Shown here in pieces: positions 29,507 through 39,998 of a stretch of DNA of 64,000 nt. The stretch lies in the IMG/VR virus record IMGVR_UViG_3300010399_000038, positions 7,741 through 71,740 of that record. One strand, 5' to 3'. The position numbers and the translations under genes are program-made. The notes beneath the pieces were generated by a model. That model was not told the origin of the DNA and searched no databases. It was given only the letters and a program-made list of their open reading frames with translations. The DNA is from a virus. Each line of letters starts with the position of its first letter. The first letter of the stretch is position 1.

Positions 29507-30697
29507 TTAGCTATTCCAGAATACTTCCTGCAACTGCTCCGATTGTGTTTTTTTAAACTCTCCCTCACCAAAGTTTTTGCCACCTGACCCATCTACGTTA
29601 ATGTTTTTCTTACCTTTTAAGTAAGTTTCCATTCGTTGTTCATGAGCTTCGTTAGCGAATTTTTGAGCGGCTTTTTCTCCAAATAATAACCATGATAAAT
29701 CTTTTACCACTTGGTCTATTTTGTCATTGCCGTCTTTGTCAACCCACCTGTCTTTAAGGACTGACATTGCATTGAATCCGCTTTCTACAAACTTTGATAC
29801 GTTTTCATTCACAATCTTTTTTTCATCGGTAGATAGCCCATAGTTGACAGGGATTTCGACATCTTTGCCGTTCTCCTTGTATGTAGCAACTGTGGAAAAT
29901 CCATCGAATTTTGTTGCAAACTCTGTTGCCGATTTCGTCCAATCGTCTTTCAACTTTCTGTCAGCCGCCAGTTCTTCCGGCGTTGGTTGACGCTCGTTGT
30001 TAGCGTTTGAATTAATCGGTATATCTGGTAAAACTAATTCTGATTTTATCTTTTCTAAGGTTGGTTTAAGTTCTTTCGCATCCAAAATCATATCAGCTTT
30101 TATTTCTGATACTTTTTCTTTCCACGCTTCATGCTTTTCTTTGAACTCATCCTCTGTTTCTTTTAACTCATCATAAACTGGTTCTTTTGGGATGGCGTAC
30201 TGTCTATTAAACTTTCTCTCTACGTCTGATTCGGTAAAATCTTTTTTAGTAGAAAGATTGAATTTGATTATCTCTGCTGCTTTCTTTTCATCTATATCAC
30301 CATCCAAAAGCCTTGAAACTGTGTTTTGTGTTTGGTAAAGGTCAACCACTTCTTTAACCTTCCCTTCTTTTAAATAATCAAAAACCTTTTTACTGTCATC
30401 ATTAGCAAACTTTAATTCTTCCTGCGGCTTTGCTTCTTTCAGTTTAGGAATTTCAGCTTTTGCCGCATCTTCATTCTCCCATCCAAAGTTTTTCCACCAT
30501 TCATTTGCCTGTACTTGTGGTTCATCTTTTTTTTCTTCTGTGATAGTTGGTACTATCTTTTTTTCTTCTTGTTGAGTAGGAAGAGGTTTGTCTTCCCAAA
30601 ATGCAGCCTGCAACTGTGTGCTTTTAGCGGCTGCTTCGTTTGTTTGTTCGGTAGCCTTTTCTGTTACTACCTCATCTTGTGTTATTGTATCTGCCAT
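29507..30697 (-). CDS. Capsid scaffolding protein
   Basis: Acidic, helical, 396 aa; directly upstream of the capsid gene. Confidence 0.65.
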   Translation of the reverse strand: MADTITQDEVVTEKATEQTNEAAAKSTQLQAAFWEDKPLPTQQEEKKIVPTITEEKKDEPQVQANEWWKNFGWENEDAAKAEIPKLKEAKPQEELKFANDDSKKVFDYLKEGKVKEVVDLYQTQNTVSRLLDGDIDEKKAAEIIKFNLSTKKDFTESDVERKFNRQYAIPKEPVYDELKETEDEFKEKHEAWKEKVSEIKADMILDAKELKPTLEKIKSELVLPDIPINSNANNERQPTPEELAADRKLKDDWTKSATEFATKFDGFSTVATYKENGKDVEIPVNYGLSTDEKKIVNENVSKFVESGFNAMSVLKDRWVDKDGNDKIDQVVKDLSWLLFGEKAAQKFANEAHEQRMETYLKGKKNINVDGSGGKNFGEGEFKKTQSEQLQEVFWNS

Positions 30698-30699
30698 TT

Positions 30700-31071
30700 T
30701 TAACTGATTTTACTATTGAATTGCCATAGGCCATAAATATCCCCTCCGCCACCAAGTTTTAAGTATGGGAAATTTACCGGAACAGAATATATACCTGCTG
30801 CCGTTATGCTATTTACTGCGCTGCCTGTTGCAAGGTTTACGGCTTGTACACTTGACCAGTTTCTTATATTATCGGGATCATAGTTATTATTTGGTGATAA
30901 CAACTGACCTTGCGGCATATTATCATCCAATGCTCCATAGATATAAGTAGTTCCTGCTACGGGAGCAATTACCTGAAACGATACAGTGTCCCAACCAGAA
31001 ACATTCAATGCTATATTGTATATGTTCTGTTTGTACTTTTTTGTTAAATCTGCATTATAACCTACTGACAT
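30700..31071 (-). CDS. Small virion-module protein
   Basis: Beta-rich; lies between portal and scaffold. Confidence 0.55.
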   Translation of the reverse strand: MSVGYNADLTKKYKQNIYNIALNVSGWDTVSFQVIAPVAGTTYIYGALDDNMPQGQLLSPNNNYDPDNIRNWSSVQAVNLATGSAVNSITAAGIYSVPVNFPYLKLGGGGDIYGLWQFNSKIS

Positions 31072-31084
31072 TGCATTTTAAATT

Positions 31085-33562
31085 TTATGCCGCTAATTGT
31101 TCTTGCGGTGGTTGATTAATATTTTCCTGCATTGGTTGTTGTTGCTCTTGTTCTCTTGCCGCTTGCATTTGCTGAATAATTGCCGCCTTTTGTTCTTCGC
31201 TTGCCGCCACTGCGCCAACCATTATGTTTTCCTGTACCGCTTGCCATAATGGTTTTAATTCATTCGGTATCGTTGGTATAATCCCGGTTTCACCCTGCGG
31301 CTTCATTATGGAAGCGAACATATTCAACACTGCACTTTGATTATTTGCAAGGGCGGTTATTTTTGATTTTTGTTTTTCTATCTCCATTTCTTCCTGCATA
31401 GTCTTTCTCTTTTCCTGCTCTGTTATTACTGCTGAATCTTGCTGCCCCTTAATGGTTCTATTGAGATTATCCGCTTGCATTTGTTGTTGATGTTGTATTG
31501 TTTTCCGTTGGCCATTCCTAAAAATACTTTCAGCAAGTTTAACGTCTTCCTTTGCTATCCTCGTTAGTTGCATTGGGTCAACATACAAAACCAAATCAGG
31601 AGATGTAGCAATAGTCTGCTGCACCATCATTTCAAACTTCTGTATCTCTAATTCTGTTGGGAGAAATCTTATGTGTGTTGTAAATACTCTGCTTTGCACA
31701 TCCTCTTGTTTTAGCAAGTGTCTGTAGGCTTTGCTGCCGTACTGAACCGAATCTTTTAACAAGCAAGATATTTTTCTTGCTGTCATCTTCATGCAATCTG
31801 AATAAGCCCTATAATATTGATCGGTTGCATATTCGGCTTGTATCTGTGATGCTTCTACATTTCCTGCCGCTACTCTCGGTTGGAGTGCTTGTGAAATTAA
31901 ATTAGGGTCTTCGCCTAATTCGTCTTTTAAAGTTTGATACCAGAACTGATACGTCTTCATGAAGGCCTCCACATGAACAGCAAAACCGCTATTAGCGATT
32001 TCTGTGATGGGTACAGGTACTCGGTTTCCTTCCGCATCAAGCCCTTTATAAAAAAGTTTCCCTGTTTGGAAAAACAGTCTTTGATGGTCAACATCTTTAT
32101 TTACAGCTTGCCCTAAACCATAATCAATTTGTTGGAGTGCTGTTTCGTCAATAACCCATCCGGGAGGTATAGCAAGTGAAATATCCTGCTGTATTTTTAA
32201 ACAGGCAAGTATCATCCCATCAACGGCTGCTTCTATTTTTTCAGGGATGGCTAAGTTCCGCATTAGATAGTTTTGCGGCATTACAAATGAGTAAGAGAAC
32301 TCTGCATTACCAATTTCTTTTGGGTCTTGTGGTCTTACCATGTTATCCTTTAACCCCCATTGAAGAAGTAAATCACAATCGGGTAAGTAAACGCAACGAT
32401 ATATATTCCAATTTGTGTCGCCGATAACATTTTGATTATCGAGCGGCTTATCTCTTTGCTTTCCTGATTTAGTTGTTGGAAGACCTTTTTGGGTATATGT
32501 AGAATTAGATGTTTTTGTTTTTGTAACCGTATATGGTTCGGTATCTACTGTTTTTACTTCGAATTGAATTGATCTTACATTCCATTCATCGTATGGTCTG
32601 ATGTAAGCATTAACCCATCCTTCCGTCCATGTAAGCATATTGGTTTGGTAGTTCCATTCTTTTGCTTGTGGTACTACTTTCTCCCAAATTTCCTGTTCGG
32701 TTAATGCAAAAGGATTTTCGGGATTAAACTCTTTACCCCATTGCCTTCTTATCTCACTTAATTTAAGAGATGGTGCTTCTCCTCTCCATGAAGTATCTCT
32801 AAGATCATTGTTGTTTAAGGCATCGTCTGAATATATTGCATTTTCTGGCTTTACTATTTTTACATGAACAACCCCGTTGCTATCCATCCAAGTGTATGTG
32901 CCTACAAAAAAGACTTCAAGTGAATCATGGAGCATTTTTTCTTTGAGTACATCAAACCACCCATTGCTTACAAGCACATCATTGCAACCCATTTCCGTTA
33001 CAATTTCTTCTGGTAGTTGTTGGAATTGATGCTTCCAAAGAATAAGCTCGTCTTCGTCTGCCGGAAGTCCTGTTTTTGGAAGTTGTTGCACCCCTGACTC
33101 TTGTTCAAGTTGCATTAGCCTTCCCTTATTATCTACATAAAACTCTATTTCTTCGTATTGTTCTTTCTTTTGAGTTTGAGAAAGATCATCAATAGCTTGT
33201 ACTACCACCTTCTCGTTTCTTTTCATGAATCTTCCCACAAGCCCGGATATTATTCTATTTACTATTTGGAGTGCATTAAAGTTTAATGCTATGTAGTTTT
33301 GCTTTGCATTGAATTGAAACCTGTCACGGAACATTGCCTCAATATCTATTATTCCATTGGCATAGTTTCTATTCTTTAAAAATCTTGCGTTCCTTGCGTA
33401 GTAATAACCACCAACATTAAATTGACAAGTTGAAGCGATATATTTTGAGATAGAAAGCCCGTACTCTTTTGAGGATTTGTCTTTAATACTGGTAACATCA
33501 AGCTGGAAATGCTTCATTGCGTCACCCGTACCTGATATATTGGTTTGGCTGCCTTGCGACAT
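31085..33562 (-). CDS. Portal protein
   Basis: 825 aa immediately after terL. RNYANG and LQIVNRIISGLVG, with a Q-rich coiled C-terminus. Confidence 0.8.
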   Translation of the reverse strand: MSQGSQTNISGTGDAMKHFQLDVTSIKDKSSKEYGLSISKYIASTCQFNVGGYYYARNARFLKNRNYANGIIDIEAMFRDRFQFNAKQNYIALNFNALQIVNRIISGLVGRFMKRNEKVVVQAIDDLSQTQKKEQYEEIEFYVDNKGRLMQLEQESGVQQLPKTGLPADEDELILWKHQFQQLPEEIVTEMGCNDVLVSNGWFDVLKEKMLHDSLEVFFVGTYTWMDSNGVVHVKIVKPENAIYSDDALNNNDLRDTSWRGEAPSLKLSEIRRQWGKEFNPENPFALTEQEIWEKVVPQAKEWNYQTNMLTWTEGWVNAYIRPYDEWNVRSIQFEVKTVDTEPYTVTKTKTSNSTYTQKGLPTTKSGKQRDKPLDNQNVIGDTNWNIYRCVYLPDCDLLLQWGLKDNMVRPQDPKEIGNAEFSYSFVMPQNYLMRNLAIPEKIEAAVDGMILACLKIQQDISLAIPPGWVIDETALQQIDYGLGQAVNKDVDHQRLFFQTGKLFYKGLDAEGNRVPVPITEIANSGFAVHVEAFMKTYQFWYQTLKDELGEDPNLISQALQPRVAAGNVEASQIQAEYATDQYYRAYSDCMKMTARKISCLLKDSVQYGSKAYRHLLKQEDVQSRVFTTHIRFLPTELEIQKFEMMVQQTIATSPDLVLYVDPMQLTRIAKEDVKLAESIFRNGQRKTIQHQQQMQADNLNRTIKGQQDSAVITEQEKRKTMQEEMEIEKQKSKITALANNQSAVLNMFASIMKPQGETGIIPTIPNELKPLWQAVQENIMVGAVAASEEQKAAIIQQMQAAREQEQQQPMQENINQPPQEQLAA

Positions 33563-33624
33563 TCATTAGATATTGGATGAACCAAAATTATACAAAAATT
33601 TAATACCCAAACCAAAAATAAAAA

Positions 33625-35745
33625 TTAATTCATTATTGGTTGGCCGCTCGGACTGAAAACCTGAATGAGTGGTTTAGTTTTTTGTGGAGGTCTTGGTGTA
33701 ATGTTTAGGGATGATACCAATGCAATCATAGCTGAAACAACACAGTCACTTGCTGTTCTATCCAACGGGTCAAATACAAGTAACTGTTCAAGAAGTTTAT
33801 CCCAATAAATTTTATCACAAAAATCTTCCACATAGCTAATCATTGAATCTGTTTGCTTAGTCATAGCAAACGGGGAAATTGGAAACCCGAAAAACCTATC
33901 TACGTGTTCTTTGTTTCTTTTCTTATGGTCAATAGCGTTTAACGGGTATCTTCCTAAGTACCCAGTTTTCCCCCTCGCTCTAAAATAAGATAGGTAATCA
34001 TCTGCTGTGTGTTCTATAAAAACTTCATAGCCGAACCATTCTGCCGCTAACAAAAGTTGGTCATAAAGAATCTCCTTTCTTGACGGCCTACCATAAATCC
34101 ACCCTCCAAATAGTCCGGTATTTTGCGGGTCAGCCAAGTCGTATTTAATATACATTAACCCACAAGCCTTAGAACCATATTTTCTGCCTCCTTGCTCGTT
34201 GCTATACCCGTCAACTCCAATTATGCCACTCGTTGCGTTTGAGGGTTTTTTTGCACTATTATCATAATAAAATTTATTACTTCTCTCTGTTGATAAATCA
34301 ACTATTGGCAAAAGTTCCCAATACATTTCATCGTTTTTGTTTGCATCCCTCCATCTTGCGTGTTGACTTTCTTCATGCCTTGTAAAAACAACTTTCCTTG
34401 TTTTTGGCGGGTCATCTGCTAATTTTTGTCTTTGGTCTGTTATCTTTAAAGAATTAAAAACGCATCCTTCGTTGGCCGCCATGAACATTTCAACCTCGTT
34501 AAAAGGATATTTTCTTATTTCTTCTTCAAGCTTTTCTCCTTTTAATTTTCTTCTTCTCTTTAGCAGATATGCCTTAGCCCCAAATCTTAATTGCCCATGA
34601 AATTTCTTTTCACCATATTTTGCTATTAAATACGCAGCTTGGCTTTCTGTTGGCGGCTCTATTATTGATTCCCCAAACTTTCCAACAAAACCCGGAAGCC
34701 CATCATAAGCAGGGCAAAAATATCTTACAAATCTATTAGCGGTTTCTTCGGTATCTTCATATTTATGATCTTCGCTTTCTTCTTCGTCGTCAGGCTCTTC
34801 TAAATCATCTGGCTGAGTCCATGTTGCTCCATCCCACGCTCTTTTAAATTCTGCACCACCCTTTCTTGTCATTTCGTTTACGGTAGACGGAAACTCACCA
34901 AACCCTGTCTTATCAGCACCTTCAACAAATGTTTCTGCAACGATTGATAAGAATTGAGAGAATGGAACATCTGTCGGCCACTTTCCCCCTTCATCAGCCA
35001 GAAGCCAAGTCAATCGTTCCTGATCGTATGAGTTTAACGCTGTTGATTGATAATCTATTCTTGAATTTAATCCCTCTATCTCGTCAATGAGGGACGCTTT
35101 TTTATTTTTCTTGTCGAGAGGAACAGCAAACACTAATTCTGTTTTACTATCTCTGTCGTTTGCTAACGTAGGTTGCAAGAAAAATGGCAAATGCCTAAAT
35201 CCGAATTGAAGTCTATAAAGAAATAATTTTCTTGCATCGGTATTTGTTTTTGAAAGAACGCCGCATACGCTATTCTTAACAGTAGTGGCTTCATAAATCC
35301 CGTTTGATGTACTCTCAGATGTTGCGCCAGTTCGCCGCCCTTTGCCTCGCAGCACTCCAAGACACCAATAAATATTTCTCCAATATTCAAGGTATAAAAA
35401 ATAACGTCTACTCGTATCTCTATACTCTGGACGTTTTTTATTTTCAAGAACCCAATATTGTAAGTAGTAATAATTCCTACCCGTTATGTATATAGGTTCG
35501 CCATCCTTATAAAACCAAAACCCTTCTTTTATTCTTTTTAATTCTGCTTTACAAAAAGCCTCTTGCTCTTCTGTTAATACAATATTTCCTGCACTGTCTC
35601 TTGAAACTGTATTAAATATTTCTGGTAAAGGCTTCCGCCTCCAATACTGCTCATCTTTTAGTTGTCCCCAATCCTCTATTTCATTTTCGGGTGGTACGTC
35701 AGGTAGCGTTACTTTTGTTCCGTATATTTCAATTATTTCTCCCAT
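33625..35745 (-). CDS. terL: Terminase large subunit
   Basis: YITGRNYYYLQ, Walker A variant KGRRTGAT, Walker B LLADEGGKW, nuclease IIGVDGY and SDCVVS. Confidence 0.9.
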   Translation of the reverse strand: MGEIIEIYGTKVTLPDVPPENEIEDWGQLKDEQYWRRKPLPEIFNTVSRDSAGNIVLTEEQEAFCKAELKRIKEGFWFYKDGEPIYITGRNYYYLQYWVLENKKRPEYRDTSRRYFLYLEYWRNIYWCLGVLRGKGRRTGATSESTSNGIYEATTVKNSVCGVLSKTNTDARKLFLYRLQFGFRHLPFFLQPTLANDRDSKTELVFAVPLDKKNKKASLIDEIEGLNSRIDYQSTALNSYDQERLTWLLADEGGKWPTDVPFSQFLSIVAETFVEGADKTGFGEFPSTVNEMTRKGGAEFKRAWDGATWTQPDDLEEPDDEEESEDHKYEDTEETANRFVRYFCPAYDGLPGFVGKFGESIIEPPTESQAAYLIAKYGEKKFHGQLRFGAKAYLLKRRRKLKGEKLEEEIRKYPFNEVEMFMAANEGCVFNSLKITDQRQKLADDPPKTRKVVFTRHEESQHARWRDANKNDEMYWELLPIVDLSTERSNKFYYDNSAKKPSNATSGIIGVDGYSNEQGGRKYGSKACGLMYIKYDLADPQNTGLFGGWIYGRPSRKEILYDQLLLAAEWFGYEVFIEHTADDYLSYFRARGKTGYLGRYPLNAIDHKKRNKEHVDRFFGFPISPFAMTKQTDSMISYVEDFCDKIYWDKLLEQLLVFDPLDRTASDCVVSAMIALVSSLNITPRPPQKTKPLIQVFSPSGQPIMN

Positions 35746-36074
35746 TAAACATTTCTATCTAAGAATGATGGTCTGTTCTGTGTGTCTTTTTCCTCGTTGC
35801 CAGATACGCCAAGCGTTGATTTTAATTCATTAACTCTTGCTAAATTAACAGGTAGTTTTTCCCATAACTCCGAAGCCCTATCGTAAACTTTGTCGTCTTT
35901 TGAGAACGTCTTCAATTCTTTTTCCAATTCAAATTTGTTTAAAAAATCAGCCTGTTGATTTAATATTTTTTGCATAGCGTAGTAGCCCCTCATTTCTCCC
36001 GGCAATTCATATAGGCGAAGCCTTTGCTCTAATACACTTACTTGTTTTTTGTAATCTTCTACTGTTTCTGACAT
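35745..36074 (-). CDS. Terminase small subunit candidate
   Basis: Small helical gene coupled to terL; position only. Confidence 0.45.
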   Translation of the reverse strand: MSETVEDYKKQVSVLEQRLRLYELPGEMRGYYAMQKILNQQADFLNKFELEKELKTFSKDDKVYDRASELWEKLPVNLARVNELKSTLGVSGNEEKDTQNRPSFLDRNV

Positions 36075-36862
36075 TGTTTTCCATCTTTTATTGAAACTCC
36101 AATAAGATATTTCCCTGATAAAACTTTTTCAGTTACGTCATGTAGTTCTGCGACTGCTTCTTCTTCCATTTTTTTTTCTGGATGACCAAAGGGGCGAAAG
36201 CGAATCAAATTCCCTTCACGGCCATTTTTATCCATGAAGACAATTTCGTAGTCACAAGCCTTTAGTGTTTTCACGGCATTACCCGCAAGCGTACCCGAAG
36301 TTACAAATAAGGTATCAATAAGTTGTCTTGGTTCTATCCCTTGAATCTTTCCTTCGTATGGAATAAAAACTCTCAAAGCAAATTCATACGGGTAAATCGC
36401 TTTCCACTCTTGGCCGTCATGCCATGCAAAACACATTTCTGTATGGATGGAATAGTACCTTATATTATCGTTGTAATCTTTGTAGTCAAATATTCGGTTG
36501 CTGTCGTGTACGGCGTTGGGATGTATTAATATTTCTGCACCTTCCTGAATGTTTTCTCCTGAAATTACGATGGCGTTAACAGGGGAAACTTCTCGCTGGT
36601 TAAGATTATCAAACCTTCGCTTCCTTTCTATTCTCATCCCGCTTTCAAAAACATGAAAATCTTTACTGTCCATGTCTATTTTTATCACCACCCTTCCTTG
36701 TATGTATTTTAGGTTATCCTTTTGTAAAAGTTGGGCAAGTTCTTCTTCGTCTTTTTTGTCTTCAGCATTGAGTTTAGTCATGGCTTTCTCCATCATTAAT
36801 TCACCCAATAACCCTTTGTCGGTGGCTTTAATATTTGGATTGACTAAAAAATATTTCCCCAT
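36059..36862 (-). CDS. Hypothetical protein with possible GroES-like fold
   Basis: RVVIKID...AIVISGENIQEGAEILIH resembles the GroES beta-barrel. TAAATTTG promoter element at 36877-36870. Confidence 0.5.
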   Translation of the reverse strand: MGKYFLVNPNIKATDKGLLGELMMEKAMTKLNAEDKKDEEELAQLLQKDNLKYIQGRVVIKIDMDSKDFHVFESGMRIERKRRFDNLNQREVSPVNAIVISGENIQEGAEILIHPNAVHDSNRIFDYKDYNDNIRYYSIHTEMCFAWHDGQEWKAIYPYEFALRVFIPYEGKIQGIEPRQLIDTLFVTSGTLAGNAVKTLKACDYEIVFMDKNGREGNLIRFRPFGHPEKKMEEEAVAELHDVTEKVLSGKYLIGVSIKDGKQCQKQ

Positions 36863-36929
36863 ATAACTACAAATTTATATAATTTTACTCCCGACAACAA
36901 ACATCCAATCATCCTAACATTAATGTCAA

Positions 36930-37235
36930 ATGGCAGCAGCAGCACACGTTACTTCAAACATCTATGGTCAAGTTTATGGTCAGCCTCCTTATCAGGGAAG
37001 CAATACCAGAGATGCGTTCTCAAACTTCGTAGTATGGGATTCTCCAACGTCAATGAGTTTCCCAACAACAGGCACAATTTTTCATCCGGTTTCCCCCGGC
37101 CAACAAGTTGGTAATACATCCAACTATATTTATTCAGTTATTGAGGTTATCCCTTCTGGTCTTGTCCCCGGTGGGGAAGGCAACAAGTACGCCTCAAACC
37201 AGTCGGTTTCTACTTTAGCAACTAACGCTGGATAA
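36930..37235 (+). CDS. Small hypothetical protein in opposite orientation
   Basis: 101 aa, S/T/G/N-rich, followed by a hairpin at ~37261-37281. Confidence 0.6.
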   Translation: MAAAAHVTSNIYGQVYGQPPYQGSNTRDAFSNFVVWDSPTSMSFPTTGTIFHPVSPGQQVGNTSNYIYSVIEVIPSGLVPGGEGNKYASNQSVSTLATNAG

Positions 37236-37338
37236 TAACCGAAATCTAAAGAACTTATTTAAGCCTCTGCGAATGGGGCTTAATTTGTTTTCACTATATT
37301 TGACTAACGGTTTTTCATAGGATATGAATTTAAAAGCG

Positions 37339-37358
37339 ACCCCTCTTTCCAGAGGGGT
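37339..37358. terminator. Bidirectional intrinsic terminator
   Basis: acccctct-ttcc-agaggggt between convergent genes. Confidence 0.7.
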
Positions 37359-38303
37359 TTATTTTGCTGTCTTGTTATACATCGTGCGAAAATGATATTC
37401 TGCACCTGTTTGGTAATAATACCCTACGCTTTCACCACCTATTCCCGGTTGACAATTATCTGCCCACTTACATACCTCAAGAACTCTATTAAACTTTGCC
37501 GCATCGCAAATGTTCCATGCAAAACTCTGATTACTTAGAAGAAATCTACACGCCTTTAACGCATAAGCATATTCAAGAAAATCAGAAACTTCAAGTCTTT
37601 TTATTGATAGCCGCCATCTGTTGCAAAATAGCCAATGTTCTTTTTCGGTTCCTGCAAATATTAAATCGGGGGCATAGTTCTTTAAAAAGAAATAATCAAG
37701 TTGTGCGTGGCTTCTATACCTTTCTGTAAAGTTTACAATCACTTTGCCCCTCACATATTTTTCCAAATCGGTATCTTCTCTTTCGGGTAAGATAATCCAA
37801 GGCTTTGACAGGTCACACCAAAGATCAGGATAGGCATACATTACCCATGCCGATAGCATTCCGTGTGGCATATTAACATCTGTCTTTCCTCTTATCACAT
37901 CAAAATCCAAATCTATCCTTTGTCCATCATATCTGACAAATGAATGTATGTATGGTTGACTTTCTACAAGCGGCCTAACCATATCAAACAATGTTTGATT
38001 AAGCGTTACCATTGTACCATTAGAATCAACTGTGCCATGAACTGCGCCGGGATAGTAGGCGGCGGGGTGATCAACGTACTGACAAAACATGATTCTTCTT
38101 CCTGTGATTTCCCAATATCTTTTACAGGCGGCTAGTGATGCAACAATATCTCCCATGTTCGCCATGTGCTTAACAGTGGTAAACATCTCGTCTGGCTGTA
38201 CCGTTTCACTACTTGCTATTTCGGCTTCTAATCTTTTAGGAATTTCATGCAGTTTTACAGTAGTTGGTTTTGTCCTAGTTTTGGAATTTACTTTTTTCTT
38301 CAT
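37359..38303 (-). CDS. Glycosyltransferase, GT9/heptosyltransferase-like
   Basis: NMGDIVASL, PLVESQPYI, and FLEYAYALKACRFLLSNQS. Confidence 0.65.
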   Translation of the reverse strand: MKKKVNSKTRTKPTTVKLHEIPKRLEAEIASSETVQPDEMFTTVKHMANMGDIVASLAACKRYWEITGRRIMFCQYVDHPAAYYPGAVHGTVDSNGTMVTLNQTLFDMVRPLVESQPYIHSFVRYDGQRIDLDFDVIRGKTDVNMPHGMLSAWVMYAYPDLWCDLSKPWIILPEREDTDLEKYVRGKVIVNFTERYRSHAQLDYFFLKNYAPDLIFAGTEKEHWLFCNRWRLSIKRLEVSDFLEYAYALKACRFLLSNQSFAWNICDAAKFNRVLEVCKWADNCQPGIGGESVGYYYQTGAEYHFRTMYNKTAK

Positions 38304-38524
38304 AAGTTATCATTGAGCGCTTTTAGTATTTGCTTCCATTTTTCAACACTATCAAACTCTGTTCTTAATTTATTTGTCTTGGTTATATATTCAATTACAC
38401 ATAAGGTCTCGCAGTCATAATAGCTATGGATTCCTATAAACTCATCCCTTTGCAAACAAACATGAAGTAGCTCATCTATCATGACCTTAAAGTAATAATG
38501 CCCAACTTGGACTTCTACTTTCAT
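38300..38524 (-). CDS. Small hypothetical protein
   Basis: Likely start MKVEVQ at 38524, with an ATGA overlap. Confidence 0.55.
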   Translation of the reverse strand: MKVEVQVGHYYFKVMIDELLHVCLQRDEFIGIHSYYDCETLCVIEYITKTNKLRTEFDSVEKWKQILKALNDNL

Positions 38525-39228
38525 TTTCTTTTTACCGCTCCTACAAATTTTGGGAACTCTTCGCTTCCTTTTTCGTGCCATGAGTTGTTCCCTTCTTCCA
38601 GTTCATTTTCTCTTACATAGTTAAAGATCAAGTCCCAATCAATAGGCACATCTTCATACTCTCCCGTATTTATTAGATATTGATGGGCTTCTCTTGGAGC
38701 AATATATTGGTTTCCAAAATCGTGAAAAGCAATAATACCTCCTTTGACCATTTTACCTGCTACAATATTTATTTCTGCAAAAACTCTTTCTGGGGAATGA
38801 TTGTCGCTGTCTATGAAAACAAAGGAATATCTACCATGTAGCGGGAGTTCTTTTTCTGAATAGCTACCAAGTAAAATAGGAACTACTTTATGATCTGATG
38901 CGAACAATATTCTTTTTTTTACCCGTTCCTTAAAATCGCTTTGGCTTGCGTACTCCCATGCAAGGTTTTTTGGATGCCCCTGTATAGTATGTTCCCATGC
39001 TTCAAGATTTTCTAAATCAAAGATTGGGTCAATCATATAGAAATTTCCTTTTGGAAGTCCGTAAGCGGCTGACATGCCCGATTTCCCTGCGTTACTTCCT
39101 GCTTCAATAAAATTTCCCCCTTCCGGGACTTGTGAAGTAATATTCATTAATGCAATTGATTCACATACGGAAAATGCGCCGGGGCACTTTTTGAATCTGT
39201 CTATAAACTCTTGGCTTGGTGGTATCAT
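38521..39228 (-). CDS. Class I SAM methyltransferase (Methyltransf_24-like)
   Basis: IEAGSNAGKS, FVFIDSDNH and GGIIAFHD. Likely start MIPPSQ with an ATGA overlap. Confidence 0.8.
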   Translation of the reverse strand: MIPPSQEFIDRFKKCPGAFSVCESIALMNITSQVPEGGNFIEAGSNAGKSGMSAAYGLPKGNFYMIDPIFDLENLEAWEHTIQGHPKNLAWEYASQSDFKERVKKRILFASDHKVVPILLGSYSEKELPLHGRYSFVFIDSDNHSPERVFAEINIVAGKMVKGGIIAFHDFGNQYIAPREAHQYLINTGEYEDVPIDWDLIFNYVRENELEEGNNSWHEKGSEEFPKFVGAVKRK

Positions 39229-39998
39229 GCGTTGCAATTGTTTGGGTAAAAGATAGGATGTGTATTGTGCCAATTATATATTTCTTCGTATGAAAATTCG
39301 TTTAATCTTCTTAGGGTATAGGTTTCATATTTTTCCCATGTGAATATGGTGAATCTTTCTGTTTGTATTGGTGGATAATAAACAGAATTATTATTCGATA
39401 GAGTAAGGAAATGCTCAAGCCAATTACACCTTCTTGCGACATCCCCAAATGTTTTATAAGCCCATTCGGGTTCTTCAATACAGTTTCTTAACACATCAAA
39501 TTTCAGCGTTTCTCTCTTGCACATAAAGAATCGTGTGCTTGCCCACATCCGTCCTTTAAACGTCGGGTCATCTACTGCATTGGGTGACCATATTGATGGG
39601 TAAGAAACAAATTTATGTTGCTCTAATAATTCCATTAAATACAATACCGAATCGGGAGTGGAAGTAAATGCTGCTGTGTCTTGGTCAAAATGTGCAACGT
39701 ATTCTCCTCTTGCAAGTGATAACGCCGAAAGGTAATTATAATCGTTAAATAAGTTTTCATGTGTATGCTTTCGGATTACAACACAATCCGATATTGACCG
39801 CAAATATTCTAATGTCTTTTCTTGTACTTTTAAGTGTTCATCAATAAAAACAATTACTTCTTTTTCAAACCCGTCAAAGAATTTTATTTTATTAAATACG
39901 CCATCTGTAATAAAATCTTCATTGCAAACCCCACCAAACAAACCCGTTTGTTCATTCTTTTCTCCTCTTGTGTCGCAGTTAATTACTATTGAAATCAT
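39225..39998 (-). CDS. GT-A fold (GT2-like) glycosyltransferase
   Basis: MISIVIN N-terminus and ARGEYVAHFDQD (DxD). Confidence 0.75.
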   Translation of the reverse strand: MISIVINCDTRGEKNEQTGLFGGVCNEDFITDGVFNKIKFFDGFEKEVIVFIDEHLKVQEKTLEYLRSISDCVVIRKHTHENLFNDYNYLSALSLARGEYVAHFDQDTAAFTSTPDSVLYLMELLEQHKFVSYPSIWSPNAVDDPTFKGRMWASTRFFMCKRETLKFDVLRNCIEEPEWAYKTFGDVARRCNWLEHFLTLSNNNSVYYPPIQTERFTIFTWEKYETYTLRRLNEFSYEEIYNWHNTHPIFYPNNCNA

